From Glycera tridactyla (taxonomy: Eukaryota), in contig OZ286463.1 of the NCBI GenBank assembly GCA_965644265.1, positions 19,096,001-19,160,000 on the forward strand: 64,000 nucleotides of DNA, in the 5' to 3' direction. Position numbers and translations under genes: made by a program. The notes under the pieces were generated by a model, which saw nothing but the letters and a program-made list of their open reading frames with translations, was not told the DNA's origin and ran no database searches. This document shows, piece after piece, positions 62,507-64,000 of this stretch. Each line of letters opens with the position of its first letter. Positions within the stretch are counted from its first letter, which is position 1.

Positions 62507-64000
62507 CTAGGTAATTTCAACAAAAATATTCAATCACTTGGCATTCGATGTTCAAATGTTTTCTCATAACCTTCTCCATCATTCTTCGATCTGTGAGTGA
62601 AATCGTTATCTATAGGGAATCGAATTATCGATCGCTGATTTCTGAAGTATCATTCACACAGAAAAAACTTTATCATACTATATCAACATTCTACAATAAA
62701 GCAGCCTTTGTGCATGCCAGAATTTTCAGCATCAAAATTTGGATTGTACACAGAGGAAAGCAGATGTCAAATGATTTTTCCGTATGGGCTTCTTTTTCTA
62801 TCCAATAGTCGGTTGTCATATGGAACGTCCTTGTAGAAAACTGAATAGGGATATGTGTGCCGGAGGTGGGATCTTGAGATCAAGATATGGGAGAACATAT
62901 TCAAATTATGATGTGGTATGTGGGCAAGAAAATGTCTGCATTGGAGAGTGCAATGATAGGTGTGTGTGCGGTAATGTGAGTGAGTATATATGTAATGTAC
63001 ATAAATTTACATGGAAGATTTGTAGAGGTCACGCGGCGGATATTGCATGAAATGATTTGGAATAAGAATCGGATGTAAGAATCGAATGTAAGCAGAATCC
63101 TATCTAGTTTCCTGATAGTGACAGCTAAATCGAATGATCCTTTACTCAGAACCAGATTTGGGTTTGTTATTTGCATCATTCTCATCATGGCTTTGTCTAC
63201 ATGGCTAATAAAATGTGCGTGCCAACTCTCCCTTTCATGATGTCAAGAAAATAATGACAAGTATTAATCAGTATCAATTCAGCTTCAATTTGATAATACA
63301 ACACATGCTTATAATCATATACCACAATATATGCACTCAACTGAGAGAGGTGGGTTAACGTCAGGGCAAATACTCAAATGAAATGATTGATCCGGAAATT
63401 CGCTGCGAACCCAGACAAATACATACACATAAACATAGGCACAAACACAGATACAAAGCTTTACAAGTAACTCATTTATCTAGTGACCGTTAGTTCAACA
63501 GTAATTGGCAACAGGGTATATATTGATGAGAATGTAACATATTTCATGGCACTGAAACCACCAGGTCGACCATTCAGAATACAGCAGAAGATATGTGGAA
63601 GATGCCTGAGCTTCCAGCATAATGAAAGCTGACACGAACGAGAGGCCATTTTTTCTATTGAAGGAAACAGTGGATGAAACTCGGGGATATGTAGTGAATG
63701 AATATTTTGCAAATATATGTGAATTATTTCAAAAACAAAAATTGCAATTGTTTCATGCTTCATCCTTCTCACATCTGAAGATGTTGAGGCATTATGATCC
63801 TCACGTTAGGAATATATCTACCGTAGATATATGAAGATCAAAGCCATCCTCTTCAAAGATGCATGATTTCAATGTAGAAGACTTTAACAGATAAAGAAGG
63901 CAATTCAATATTTCTGGAGGCACTTATGTCTACCTGCTCACGTCATGCAATTACCCTGCCCAGATGTTGTGTTTTAAACTTACAAACTTATAAAATCATA

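Noticed and set aside
62507-64000. Upstream ITPR exons or ORFs 62901-63188 and 63476-63772
   Set aside because: There is no in-frame phase-0 donor with an ITPR-like peptide. Treated as intron.

Overview
AT-rich animal (invertebrate-like) genomic DNA with one 140-N assembly gap. The window lies inside a large multi-exon gene on the minus strand that encodes an inositol 1,4,5-trisphosphate receptor family Ca2+ release channel. I traced 32 GT-AG exons (62506 down to 2713, 3925 nt, about 1308 codons) that join in one frame with consistent phases. They cover the central regulatory region and the RIH-associated domain. The N-terminus and the channel domain lie outside the window. The protein lacks motifs typical of canonical animal ITPRs and looks like a divergent paralog. 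The introns hold 14 retroposed SINE-like copies from three families, all in the sense orientation of the gene and most with target-site duplications (TSDs). They also hold a TIR element with a nested LINE fragment, pearl/HINE-like elements, a fold-back element and 15 unrelated tandem arrays. Two of those arrays amplify a real 3' splice site plus the start of its exon (14x and 6x). All calls were made by eye with no database searches, so family names come from recalled motifs.
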